From an uncultured Oscillospiraceae bacterium (GTDB taxonomy: Bacteria; Bacillota; Clostridia; Saccharofermentanales; UBA5734), in contig CAZOHH010000006.1 in the NCBI GenBank assembly GCA_964579735.1, positions 1 through 51,107 on the forward strand: a stretch of DNA of 51,107 bases. Direction: 5' to 3'. Below are positions 28,808 through 38,085 of the stretch, in pieces. Numbering within the stretch: the stretch's first letter is position 1; each line of letters begins with the position of its first letter. Below the pieces are notes generated by a model that was not told where the DNA came from, ran no database searches, and saw nothing but the letters and a program-made list of their open reading frames with translations. The translations under genes were made by a program, and so were the position numbers.

Positions 28808-31338
28808 CGATAGGCCGCATGCCTGAACTCCTTGCCCCTGCCGGCGACCGGGCTTCCTTGGAAGCGGCCGTGCGAAACGGAGCCGATGCGGTCTATTTCG
28901 GCGCCCGCGCCTTCAGCGCACGAGCAAGGGCGGGCAACTTCGATGAGGAAGGAATGCGCGAAGCCATCGGTTATGCGCGACTCCGAAATGTCCGTCCCTA
29001 CCTCGCCCTGAACACGCTGCTTCACGACGAAGAGCTGGATATCGCCTTGGATGTCGCATCCGGGGCCTACGAAGCCGGCATCGCAGCCGTGATCGTCCAG
29101 GACCTGGGGCTGGCTCGTAGACTTCGCACCTCCTTGCCTGGCCTGCCGATCCACGCCAGCACCCAGACCACGTTATATGATTCTGCGGGTATCCGTGCCG
29201 CCTGCGCCCTCGGATTCACGCGCGTGATCCTGCCTCGGGAGCTTTCTATCCCGGAAATCGCAGCGTTGACGAAGGTCGCTCAGGAAAGCGGTTTGGATAC
29301 GGAAGTCTTCATACACGGTGCACTTTGCTACTGCTATTCCGGACAGTGCCGCATGAGCGCGCTGATCGGCGGTCGCAGCGGGAATCGTGGCGAATGCGCG
29401 CAACCCTGCCGCATGGGCTATGGCCTCGAAATCGGCGAAAGCGCCTCTCCCTCGACCATTTCACGCCCCCTCCTCAGTCCGAAGGATGCCTCCGCGCTTC
29501 GACTCCTTCCCGAACTCGTCGCCGCCGGCGTCGCCGCACTCAAGATAGAGGGTCGGATGCGTTCTGCCGAGTATGTCGGTCAGGTCGTATCGGTCTTCCG
29601 CAGACGACTCGACGAATTGGCGGAGAGAATCGATTCCATCGGCAGACCGAACCCGGAACCTGATTCCACGACTGCCGATACGAGCCGTCTTCTCCTGGCT
29701 TTCAACCGCGGAGGTGAGTTCTCGGATGCCTACCTTCGGGGCGCGAAAGGACCCTCGATGCTTGCCGGTGCGATGACCGGCAGTCACGGAATCCTTCTCG
29801 GCACCGTGCATCGCACTTCACCCGCGCAGGGTATTCTGGAGATCCGACTCGATGGGCTGACCGAAATCCTGCCGGGTCCGGGCGATGTCCTTTCCGTCCG
29901 CATTCCAGGGACCGGGGAGGAAAAAGCCAGCGCGCCTTGTGCACCCTTGCGGTTTCCGGCAGCCGGAGAGACGCCCGCCATACTCTCGGTCAAAGGATTC
30001 CACCCCGATGTCCTGCGGACGCTGGTCGAAGGCGACCCGGTCCATAGGATGAACGATGTGGAGTCCGAGCGTCGGGCGAAGTCCGCCGATGTTCGCAGGA
30101 CGACCGTGTCCATGATTTTCGCCATGACAGGCGAGCATCGCTTCCAGCTGAAAGTGGAGGTGACATCCTTTGGCGAATCCATTGGCGTGAAAGCCGTTGC
30201 CGAGGAGGAATTCTCCCGGGACGAGTCCGTTCCCCCGATCGACGGCACGCGGTTGCGCGAGCAACTGTGCAAGGCCGGCGGCACCCCTTTCCATGTAGAG
30301 GAAGTCCGCATTTTCGCTTCACCGACCCTGCCCATTTCCGCTGTCAACGCCCTTCGCCGTCAGGCGCTGGAAAACCTTGCCGCGGCCATGCTGGCACATC
30401 ACCGTCGTCTCCGCGTTCCAGTTCCACTTCCGGATCGGGTGGATTCGATACCTTCCGATCCCGCGCATCTCCATGGCTCCGAACCTCTCCCATGGACCAT
30501 CGCCGTGGAACCCTTTCAATTCGATGGGGATGTGGAGGAAACCGCTTGCGGTGCAGACGCCTATTACCTTCCTGCGATCTCCTGGTTGTCGCAGGAGGGA
30601 CTCGCGCGCATCCGCAGACTTCATGAACTGGAGCCTGGCGCGGCCCTTTTCGCTTCACTTCCCCCCGCTGCGGTCGGAGCGTTCGCCGTTCAGATCGCCA
30701 ACCTCCCGCGAATCGTCGCCGAGGCAGGCGGACAGGGCGTCGTGACGGGTAGTCCCGGAACCACGGCTGTTGCATCCACGTTGGGTCTCGTGCCCGTCGC
30801 AGGTCCCGATGCGAATCTTTGGAACGCCGAGGCAGTCTCCGTCTTCGCCGCTTTTGGTTCAACCGTCGTCGTTCCCTCCGTCGAACTCGATTCGCCGCAT
30901 ACGGCAGTCCTGTGCCGCAGCGCAATGGAAGCCGGACTCGAAGCGGAACCCATCGTCTATGGCCGTCAACGGCTCATGTATGCAGAACTCTGCCCCGTAG
31001 GTCACAACCGTCCGGGATGCACATCCTGCCGCAAGGGTCCGGTTTCCCTGCGCGACCGCACGGGTGCTTCTTTCCCGGTGGTGTGCCTTCCCGAATTCTG
31101 TTCCGGACAGATTCTCAACAGCAGCCTGCTGTCGATTCCCCGCGAAGCGCTCTCCTACCATGTGAGCGGCGTGCACCGTATGCGCTTGTGCTTCTATGAC
31201 GAAACACCCGATGAGCGGCGGATGCTCACCGACCTTCATCGAAAGCTGAACGCACCCGAGGATGCCGAGTCCATCCGGACCGTTGCCGCGGCGATCGCCC
31301 ACCGTGTGGGATCCCGGCTCACCCGAGGCCCCCAGTGA
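28801..31338 (+). CDS. Long-form U32 'peptidase' family protein (RlhA-like Fe-S RNA hydroxylase)
   Basis: PELLAPAG, GADAVYFG, HASTQ, HGALCYCYSGQC, SGNRGECAQPCR, KIEGR, C-terminal GGTPF...SAVNALRR. Confidence 0.88.
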   Translation: MLTIGRMPELLAPAGDRASLEAAVRNGADAVYFGARAFSARARAGNFDEEGMREAIGYARLRNVRPYLALNTLLHDEELDIALDVASGAYEAGIAAVIVQDLGLARRLRTSLPGLPIHASTQTTLYDSAGIRAACALGFTRVILPRELSIPEIAALTKVAQESGLDTEVFIHGALCYCYSGQCRMSALIGGRSGNRGECAQPCRMGYGLEIGESASPSTISRPLLSPKDASALRLLPELVAAGVAALKIEGRMRSAEYVGQVVSVFRRRLDELAERIDSIGRPNPEPDSTTADTSRLLLAFNRGGEFSDAYLRGAKGPSMLAGAMTGSHGILLGTVHRTSPAQGILEIRLDGLTEILPGPGDVLSVRIPGTGEEKASAPCAPLRFPAAGETPAILSVKGFHPDVLRTLVEGDPVHRMNDVESERRAKSADVRRTTVSMIFAMTGEHRFQLKVEVTSFGESIGVKAVAEEEFSRDESVPPIDGTRLREQLCKAGGTPFHVEEVRIFASPTLPISAVNALRRQALENLAAAMLAHHRRLRVPVPLPDRVDSIPSDPAHLHGSEPLPWTIAVEPFQFDGDVEETACGADAYYLPAISWLSQEGLARIRRLHELEPGAALFASLPPAAVGAFAVQIANLPRIVAEAGGQGVVTGSPGTTAVASTLGLVPVAGPDANLWNAEAVSVFAAFGSTVVVPSVELDSPHTAVLCRSAMEAGLEAEPIVYGRQRLMYAELCPVGHNRPGCTSCRKGPVSLRDRTGASFPVVCLPEFCSGQILNSSLLSIPREALSYHVSGVHRMRLCFYDETPDERRMLTDLHRKLNAPEDAESIRTVAAAIAHRVGSRLTRGPQ

Positions 31339-31352
31339 AGGAGGATGCGCCC

Positions 31353-31856
31353 ATGGATGTCCACATATCGATCGAGATCTGTCGGGAAGGGGTCAAGACA
31401 CCAACCTATTCGCGCAAGGGGGATGCGGGCATGGATGTATGCGCCGCAATCGACGTCCTTCTAGAGCCCGGTGCCACGGTCATCGTGCCGACCGGACTCC
31501 GGTTCGCCATCCCGGAAGGATATGAGATCCAGGTTCGCCCCCGAAGTGGCATTTCCCTGCACACACCGCTTCGCATTCCCAACTCCCCCGGTACGATCGA
31601 TGCCGGATATCGCGACGAACTCGGAATCCTGATGACGAATTCCAGTCCGATTGCTCCGGCAGAAGAGGACGAGGAAGTCCAGCCTCTCGGATTGGATGCG
31701 CGCGGAGGGCGATTCGGCCCGTATCAGATCCGCAAGGGCGATCGAATCGCCCAGATCGTGCTTGCCGAAACACCCCGGATGATCTTCGAGGTCGTGGCCG
31801 ATGTCCGGAGCATCGGGGAGGACCGTGGCGGCGGTTTCGGTTCCACTGGACGCTGA
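31353..31856 (+). CDS. dut: dUTP diphosphatase
   Basis: AGMD, VRPRSG, NSPGTIDAGYR, GDRIAQ, RGGGFGSTG. Confidence 0.97.
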   Translation: MDVHISIEICREGVKTPTYSRKGDAGMDVCAAIDVLLEPGATVIVPTGLRFAIPEGYEIQVRPRSGISLHTPLRIPNSPGTIDAGYRDELGILMTNSSPIAPAEEDEEVQPLGLDARGGRFGPYQIRKGDRIAQIVLAETPRMIFEVVADVRSIGEDRGGGFGSTGR

Positions 31857-31925
31857 CCGGGAGAACCTCGTGCAAATGCCCACCTGAAGCACCTTCCGCG
31901 CCATTTTTCGTGGGCATGTTCTTCA

Positions 31926-31955
31926 TTGACACGGCACTCTTCGAAGACATATAAT
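31926..31955 (+). promoter_or_regulatory. sigmaA promoter of the corA leader
   Basis: TTGACA-18-TATAAT. Confidence 0.85.
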
Positions 31956-31978
31956 CGTCATGCAGTCGAAGGATTCGC

Positions 31979-32199
31979 ACCCATTGTTAAGTGAGGCTCC
32001 TGTGCAGATATACGCTACTACCCGGAAACATCGAGAGATGCCAATGGGTGAACAGACATCGCCGGATTAAGGCCTTGTCTAACGTAGCTGGAAGAGATTC
32101 CAACGCCGCACAGTGCCGAAACTCTACGAGGACGGGTATATCGGAAGCGTAAGCTCCGAGACCTCGTCCATGGAGATGCGACGGAGGTCTTGTTTTTTG
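31979..32199 (+). ncRNA. M-box (ykoK) Mg2+ riboswitch with terminator
   Basis: Conserved blocks GTTAAGTGAGGCTCCTGT, GCCAATGGG, TAAGG, AGTGCCGAAACTCTACG, then hairpin GAGACCTC...GAGGTCTT plus T-tract, upstream of corA. Confidence 0.93.
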
Positions 32200-32262
32200 T
32201 CCGGTCACGGGCGAATCACTTCCTCCCCATGAGAAGCACCATTCCAGGAAGGAGGAACGACC

Positions 32263-33240
32263 ATGCTTGAAATCTTCATCACGCGGTTCCACGAAATCAA
32301 TGGAAAAACGGTGACCGAGCTTGAACGGATCGAAGAGATCGTTCCCGATTGCTGGATCAATCTTTCCTCGCCGACCGAGGACGAGCTGGAACGCGTGCAG
32401 ACCGCGCTGGATCTTCCGGCCGAGTTCCTCCGGTACCCTCTGGATGAAGAGGAGCGCCCGCGCATCGACGTCGGGGACGAACCCGAGCAGACGCTCATCA
32501 TCGCCGACCTTCCCTTCGTCCGCAAGGAAGGGGATTCGATCAAATACGAGACGATGCCTATCGGCATCATCGTCATCGGACATAAGGCCATCGTCACGAT
32601 CTCCCTTCGGGAGGCCAATGTCCTGGAAACGTTCAAGACCAATCGGGTGCGCGATTTCCTGACGGGATACCGTACGCGCTTCGCCTTCCAGATCATGTAT
32701 GCGATCGCCAAGGACTTCCTGAAGTATCTGCGTTTCATCGACAAGACCCTGGAGTCGACGGAACGCCAATTGAACCGGTCCGTCACCAATAAGGAACTCT
32801 TCAAGCTGATGGAACTCGGCAAGTCGCTGGTCTATTTTTCCACATCCCTCAAGTCCAACGAGGGCGTGCTCGAAAAATTGATGCGAGGCAAGTCGATCAA
32901 GCAGTACGAAGAGGATCAGGACCTCCTGGAGGACGTCATCGTCGAGAATCGACAGGCCATGGAAATGGCCGGCACCTACGCGAGCATCATCAATGGGACC
33001 ATGGATGCGAATGCTTCCATCATCTCGAACAACCTGAACGTGGTCATGAAATTCCTGGCTGCCATGACCATCGTGCTTTCCATCCCCACCGTCGTCAGCA
33101 GCATCCTCGGCATGAACATCCCGGTGCCGTCCAACCCGGACTTCCTATCGAATCCTTGGCCTTTCATCATCGTCATCGGATTGATACTTGTCTTCGCCGG
33201 ATTCACCGCGATGTGGATGTGGAAGCGGAAGATGTTCTAG
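32263..33240 (+). CDS. corA: Mg2+ transporter, CorA family
   Basis: LDEEERPRI, ISNNLNVVMK, GMN motif, two C-terminal TMs. Confidence 0.95.
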   Translation: MLEIFITRFHEINGKTVTELERIEEIVPDCWINLSSPTEDELERVQTALDLPAEFLRYPLDEEERPRIDVGDEPEQTLIIADLPFVRKEGDSIKYETMPIGIIVIGHKAIVTISLREANVLETFKTNRVRDFLTGYRTRFAFQIMYAIAKDFLKYLRFIDKTLESTERQLNRSVTNKELFKLMELGKSLVYFSTSLKSNEGVLEKLMRGKSIKQYEEDQDLLEDVIVENRQAMEMAGTYASIINGTMDANASIISNNLNVVMKFLAAMTIVLSIPTVVSSILGMNIPVPSNPDFLSNPWPFIIVIGLILVFAGFTAMWMWKRKMF

Positions 33241-33271
33241 ACCTGAACCGGAGTTTCCGCGGTCATGAGGT

Positions 33272-34279
33272 TCAAGGGAAGCAAAGGTCCAGGAAATTCG
33301 AGATGGAAGATAGGTAATCCGTGGGGTCGGCCTCGAACAGAGTCTCTCCACCCGGTATCGCTCTTTCGAAAAGGGAAGTCGTCTCCGGGTGCAGCCGCAG
33401 CCTCTCCCGAAGCAACGTGGTGCGTTCGCCGTCCTCCGTTCGTGCTTCCATGATCAGCATCGGTCGCTGATATCGCGCCGCAAGAGCGGACAAGGGATAT
33501 TCCCCGCTGGATCCGGCAGAAAGCCTGACCGCGAGGGGTACGGTATAAGGCAAGGGAAAAACGGACAGCAGGTCAAGGCGGTCCATCGCACTACGAATGG
33601 AGTCGTCGAGGCTGTTGCGTGGACTGTCCAGCATCATCGCGAGGATATAGTCCTTGGTGATGGGGAGAGGAACAACGAGGGAGGAAGACTCCGTGCGGTT
33701 CTCCTCCGTCGTGGGGAGCTCCTGCCAGGCTGCGAGAGCCGCACCGGTTCCGTTGCCGAAGCCATAGAGGACCACCCCCCGCGTCGTCGTCGTCCTCCGG
33801 GCATAATCCACCGCGGCGAGGACGTCCTCCCACTCCGTATAGCCGTACGTAGTCAACCTGCCGGAAGAGTCTCCGCTATGGCGCAGGTCGAAGGATAGGA
33901 CATTGAAACCCAGGGCGACGAGATACTTGTACAGGACTGCCGTGGCTTCTCCGAATTGGAGGCGGTTCACGTCGTCCCCATGCACCATCACGATGGTGCC
34001 GCGCACCACGACCGTGGCGGGGAAGAACCAGCCACTCAGCGAAGTCTGCCCATCGAGGGAAGGGAAGTCGACGATGGAATACGCGGGCATGATATTCGCG
34101 GGGAAGTTCACGACCGTCGTCGGTTCGCGCCGCATCACCTGATTGGCGATACGGAATGTCAGTACTGAAACGACTGCCGTAAGGACGGCGATGACCGTCA
34201 GCAAGGCCGCCGTGGTCCGCAGAAAGCGGGAGAGCCGGCTGGGGCTGCGCGCCCCGATGATGGAAGAGTGGATTCCCAT
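33272..34279 (-). CDS. Membrane-anchored alpha/beta-hydrolase-fold protein with degenerate active site
   Basis: LSGWFFP, VMVHG, FDLRHSGDSSG, TYGYTEWEDVLAAV, but YGFGNG at the nucleophile elbow. Confidence 0.8.
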   Translation of the reverse strand: MGIHSSIIGARSPSRLSRFLRTTAALLTVIAVLTAVVSVLTFRIANQVMRREPTTVVNFPANIMPAYSIVDFPSLDGQTSLSGWFFPATVVVRGTIVMVHGDDVNRLQFGEATAVLYKYLVALGFNVLSFDLRHSGDSSGRLTTYGYTEWEDVLAAVDYARRTTTTRGVVLYGFGNGTGAALAAWQELPTTEENRTESSSLVVPLPITKDYILAMMLDSPRNSLDDSIRSAMDRLDLLSVFPLPYTVPLAVRLSAGSSGEYPLSALAARYQRPMLIMEARTEDGERTTLLRERLRLHPETTSLFERAIPGGETLFEADPTDYLSSISNFLDLCFP

Positions 34280-34389
34280 GCACTGGATTATACCACCCGA
34301 CCGTCGCACCCGGTGTGGTAGAATGGGTTGGCCGCCCATCTTCGGGCTCAATTGATGCAGAATCGAAGCGAATCGGAGGACCTTGCCAC

Positions 34390-35193
34390 ATGAACCTATT
34401 GCAGTCACTGGTCCTGGGACTGATCCAGGGAGTGACGGAATTCCTACCCATCAGCAGTTCGGGTCACCTCGTGCTGTTCGGAAAGATATTCGGTCTCACC
34501 AATGTGAGCGTCTTCTTCGCATCGATGCTGCATCTGGGGACTCTGGGTGCGGTTCTTGTCGTCATGCGCCGGGAAATCGTCGAAATCCTCAAGGACCTTT
34601 TCGGTCGCCTGACATGGCTGATCCTTCTGGCCACGATCCCTGCAATCGCCTTCGCCCTCCTCCTGGGGGGTCTCGTCGACCGCCTGTTTTCAAGTGGTGA
34701 ATCTCTCGGCTATGAATTCCTTTTCACGGGAGTCGTCCTCATCGTGGCTGTCTTCGTCAAGAAGGGAGAACGTCCCCTTGCGAAGCTGCGCGTCGTGGAT
34801 GCTCTCGCCAGTGGTGTTGGACAGGCTGTCGCGATTCTTCCTGCCGTTTCGCGTTCGGCGTGCTCACTTGTTCCGATGCTCTTCCTCGGCGTCGAGCGCA
34901 AGGCTGCGATTCGATTCACGTTCCTTCTTTCCATCCCTGCGATCCTCGGCAGCCTCGTACTTGACTTGAAGGACGTTCTGACCGGAGACACCGCCGCCCT
35001 CCTCGATGCCGGCGTTCCGAACATCGCCATGGGCGTCGTCGCCGCGGCCCTCGCCGGCTTCGTCACCATGCGCCTGATGCTGAACCTCCTGACGCGCCGT
35101 GGGTTCCTATGGTTCGGACTCTATGTCGTGGCACTCGGCATCTTCGTCCTTCTCGATCAGAACGTGTTGCACCTTCTCCCCTGGGGAGTCTAG
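34390..35193 (+). CDS. uppP: Undecaprenyl-diphosphate phosphatase
   Basis: LGLIQGVTEFLPISSSGHL, LHLGT, PAVSRS, FLLSIP. Confidence 0.95.
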   Translation: MNLLQSLVLGLIQGVTEFLPISSSGHLVLFGKIFGLTNVSVFFASMLHLGTLGAVLVVMRREIVEILKDLFGRLTWLILLATIPAIAFALLLGGLVDRLFSSGESLGYEFLFTGVVLIVAVFVKKGERPLAKLRVVDALASGVGQAVAILPAVSRSACSLVPMLFLGVERKAAIRFTFLLSIPAILGSLVLDLKDVLTGDTAALLDAGVPNIAMGVVAAALAGFVTMRLMLNLLTRRGFLWFGLYVVALGIFVLLDQNVLHLLPWGV

Positions 35194-35202
35194 GAGGCGC
35201 AC

Positions 35203-36258
35203 ATGATCGACGATCGTCCGTTCCGAGTCCTGGGCATCGAGACCAGCTGCGACGAAACCGCCGCAGCGGTTGTCGTGGACGGCCGAATCGTGTTGTCCGA
35301 CATCGTCGCCTCCCAGGCCGACCTGCATTCCCGATATGGCGGAGTCGTGCCGGAAATCGCTTCGCGTCTTCATGTCGAATCCATCGTGCCTGTCGTGCAG
35401 AGGGCTCTGTCCGAAGCGGGAGTGAGGCTGGACGAACTGGACGGCATCGCCGTGACCTGCGGACCCGGCTTGGTCGGAGCTCTTCTCGTCGGGGTTTCCG
35501 CCGCGAAGGGTCTTGCTTCGGTCTCCAGTCTCCCGCTGGTCGGGGTCCATCACGTCGCCGGCCATATCGCCGCGAATTATCTGTCGTCGCCGAACCTTTC
35601 TCCACCGTTCGTCTGTCTCGTGGCTTCCGGCGGGCACAGCCATATCGTGCTCGTCAGGGAACCGAACCGCTTCGAGATTCTTGCGCGGACCCGGGATGAC
35701 GCCGCTGGGGAAGCATTCGACAAGATCGCGCGGGCCATGGGCCTCGGCTATCCCGGGGGACCTGCAGTGGATCTGGAATCCGAAGGCGGTCGCATGGATG
35801 CCGTGTCCTATCCACGGATGGACCTCGGCGCGGGAAGTCTCGACTTCAGCTTCAGCGGGGTCAAGACCCACGCCTTGAATTCGCTCAATCGGTTGAAGAT
35901 GACTGCCACCGAGAAGGGTGTGGACGTCTGGTCCCTGATGCCGCGCAGGGATTTCGCCGCTTCCTTCCAATCCGCAGTGGTGGATGCATTGATCGATCAC
36001 GCCTTCTCCGCTCTCGAACGGAGCGGGCTCAAGGTACTCGCTCTTGCCGGCGGGGTCTCGGCCAACCGGGAGTTGCGTCGACGGATGCAGCTGAGGGCGG
36101 AGCGCGAGGGAGTGACCCTTCATATCCCTCCCCTTCGTCTTTGCACGGACAACGCCGCCATGATCGCCGCTGCCGGGACGTTCGCTTTGCGCGCCGGACA
36201 ATTCGACGGAATGGACCTGAACGCGGACCCCTCCTGGGAGTTGGGAGTGGAATGTTAG
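35203..36258 (+). CDS. tsaD: tRNA N6-adenosine threonylcarbamoyltransferase
   Basis: GIETSCDET, GGVVPEIASRLH, HHVAGH, ASGGH, DDAAGEAFDK, TDNAAMI. Confidence 0.97.
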   Translation: MIDDRPFRVLGIETSCDETAAAVVVDGRIVLSDIVASQADLHSRYGGVVPEIASRLHVESIVPVVQRALSEAGVRLDELDGIAVTCGPGLVGALLVGVSAAKGLASVSSLPLVGVHHVAGHIAANYLSSPNLSPPFVCLVASGGHSHIVLVREPNRFEILARTRDDAAGEAFDKIARAMGLGYPGGPAVDLESEGGRMDAVSYPRMDLGAGSLDFSFSGVKTHALNSLNRLKMTATEKGVDVWSLMPRRDFAASFQSAVVDALIDHAFSALERSGLKVLALAGGVSANRELRRRMQLRAEREGVTLHIPPLRLCTDNAAMIAAAGTFALRAGQFDGMDLNADPSWELGVEC

Positions 36259-36264
36259 GCGAAT

Positions 36265-36371
36265 TGTGGATGGACCTAAAGGATTGGCTAGGGCGTTCTG
36301 TGGAAAAGCACCCAAAAGATGTGGAAAACCAACTTGGAAGCTGTGGATAACCGTGTGGATAAAGTGCATAA
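36265..36371. promoter_or_regulatory. Cluster of co-oriented DnaA boxes
   Basis: TGTGGATAA at 36342 and 36354 (perfect), TGTGGAAAA at 36299 and 36320, TGTGGATGG at 36265, AGTGCATAA at 36363. Confidence 0.8.
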
Positions 36372-36419
36372 CCATATAGGATGAATTTCAAGATCATCAA
36401 AGGAAGGGGGTACGCCGAG

Positions 36420-36887
36420 ATGCAGGACAAGGGAATCAAGGCCGTTGCTGAGAACCGCAAGGCGTATCACGAGTACTTCATCGAAGAGAAGATGGAAGCC
36501 GGCATCGAACTGTCGGGGACCGAAGTCAAGTCGATTCGGGCCGGGAAGGTGAACCTCGGAGATAGTTACGCCGCGGTCCTGAATGGCGAACTGTGGCTGG
36601 TCGGGTGCCATGTCAGTCCGTATGAACAGGGCAATCGTTTCAACCGTGACCCGCTCCGCACACGACGCCTCCTGATGCATCGGCACGAGATCCTTCGACT
36701 TTATGGGCTCGTGAAGCAGAAGGGTCTGACCCTGGTTCCAACGAAACTCTATTTCAAGGCAGGCAGAGTCAAGGTGGAGATCGGTGTCGGGAAGGGCAAG
36801 AAGCTGCACGACAAGCGCGAATCGGAAGCCGAGCGCGATGCCGAGCGGGAGATCGACCGTCGTATGAAGGGTGGCCGAGACGAATGA
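36420..36887 (+). CDS. smpB: SsrA-binding protein
   Basis: [42 protein letters not shown]. Confidence 0.97.
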   Translation: MQDKGIKAVAENRKAYHEYFIEEKMEAGIELSGTEVKSIRAGKVNLGDSYAAVLNGELWLVGCHVSPYEQGNRFNRDPLRTRRLLMHRHEILRLYGLVKQKGLTLVPTKLYFKAGRVKVEIGVGKGKKLHDKRESEAERDAEREIDRRMKGGRDE

Positions 36888-36945
36888 GTCCAGATACGAC
36901 ATTCCGGAGAAGGCCCGCATAGTCCTCGAAAGGAGAAATTCCGCC

Positions 36946-37398
36946 ATGAACGCTCGTTTCAACCGAATCCTCCTCGCCATTCTTCTGGCATCCGCAATAC
37001 TTTCGGGGTGCATGCCATCGGTTGCCACGCCGACCCAGGCTGTCGGTGATATGACCCCGACGAATGCGGAAACCCTCGCGAGTCCTACTCCGCCTGCCTC
37101 GACCCCTTCACCGACACCAACGGAAGGACCTATTCCGACGGAACAACTCAATGGGCCGAAGGCGACCATCACGGGGATGTTCTATGCGGCGCCGCGCGGC
37201 GATTATCTGCATCTTTATATGTATGGTAACGACCATATCTATTACGCGTTCTTCGTCTTGCAGGACGTCGGACTCGATGTCGAGAAGCTTGCATATGGCA
37301 AGACGATCCGGGTGACTTATCAGAACGTCGACATGTACATGCCCGAACTCGGAGAGGTCGTCAACCTCGACAAGGCACTTGTCGTCAAAGTGTCGTAG
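36946..37398 (+). CDS. Hypothetical lipoprotein with Pro/Thr-rich linker
   Basis: Lipobox LSGC, TPTQ...SPTPPASTPSPTPT linker, ~80-aa beta-rich C-terminal domain; RBS AAGGAG. Confidence 0.75.
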   Translation: MNARFNRILLAILLASAILSGCMPSVATPTQAVGDMTPTNAETLASPTPPASTPSPTPTEGPIPTEQLNGPKATITGMFYAAPRGDYLHLYMYGNDHIYYAFFVLQDVGLDVEKLAYGKTIRVTYQNVDMYMPELGEVVNLDKALVVKVS

Positions 37399-37414
37399 AA
37401 GCGTCGCGGCATTG

Positions 37415-37770
37415 ACCTGCCACGATGCCTTCCGGCATCGTACGGTGGAGGACTCGCTCTAGAAGAGTCGCGGCAGCACCGTAAGCTCCAACGGCGCGCA
37501 TGAATCCAAATTCAACGCTCCCTCGAGCCTGTCGGCTCGTCCGCTTTGAGCGCGCCGTAGGAGCTTCGCGGCTCGAAAAGCTGCCGTAATCTTCAAGAGC
37601 GAGTAGCCCCTCCACCTGCCACGATGCCTTCCGGCATCGTACGGTGGAGGACTCGCTCTAGAAGAGTCGCGGCAGCACCGTAAGCTCCAACGGCGCGCAT
37701 GAATCCAAATTCAACGCTCCCTCGAGCCTGTCGGCTCGTCCGCTTTGAGCGCGCCGTAGGAGCTTCGCGG
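37415..37770. repeat. Tandem direct repeat: two identical 157-bp copies, period 199 bp, strongly palindromic
   Basis: 37415-37571 equals 37614-37770; 37444-37616 folds as a long imperfect inverted repeat. Confidence 0.92.
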
Positions 37771-37820
37771 TGGCGGGTTGACTCACCTGTCTTTTCCGGA
37801 GTAATATGGGCCATACGAAT

Positions 37821-38045
37821 CGGTCGAGGAACGGGAAGAGTACGTTTTCGGCGCATCGTCAGAGAGTGGGGGTCCTGGGCTGAAAGCCCCCTCGATGCTG
37901 GAGAGCGGAATGTCGCCCGGGAGACCGGCGAATGGGTCGCGGAAGACCCGCAGAGCGCCTGCTTTCGGGCAGGAAGACTGGTGGTACCACGGAGGCTTGA
38001 TGAAGCGCCTTCGTCCAGTAGGTGGACGAAGGTGTTTTCTTTTCT
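37821..38045 (+). ncRNA. T-box leader with Val specifier
   Basis: AGTA bulge, AGAGA/GCTGAAA loops, specifier GTC at 37912-37914, T-box TGGTGGTACCACGG, terminator GCCTTCGTCCA...TGGACGAAGGT plus T-tract; promoter TTGACT-18-TAATAT at 37778-37807. Confidence 0.93.
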
Positions 38046-38085
38046 GTCGAAGAGACGGAGAAGACCAAAGGAAGAGAGGCCGGAA

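Noticed and set aside
36259-36419. oriC
   Set aside because: No dnaA, dnaN or gyrB neighbours, no clear unwinding element, and the dominant gene orientation does not switch; kept only as a DnaA-box cluster.
36888-37420. tmRNA next to smpB
   Set aside because: No tRNA-Ala-like 5' GGGG...TTCGAC or 3' TTCGA...CCACCA ends found.
37415-37770. CRISPR array or 6S RNA
   Set aside because: The repeat is 157 bp, far too long for CRISPR, with two copies and no cas genes. The rod is 6S-sized but tandemly duplicated and lacks an evident promoter or terminator of its own; cmscan would settle it.
37699-38085. 5' extension of the small membrane ORF (216-aa call)
   Set aside because: Runs through the repeat and the T-box leader; the real start is ATG 38086.
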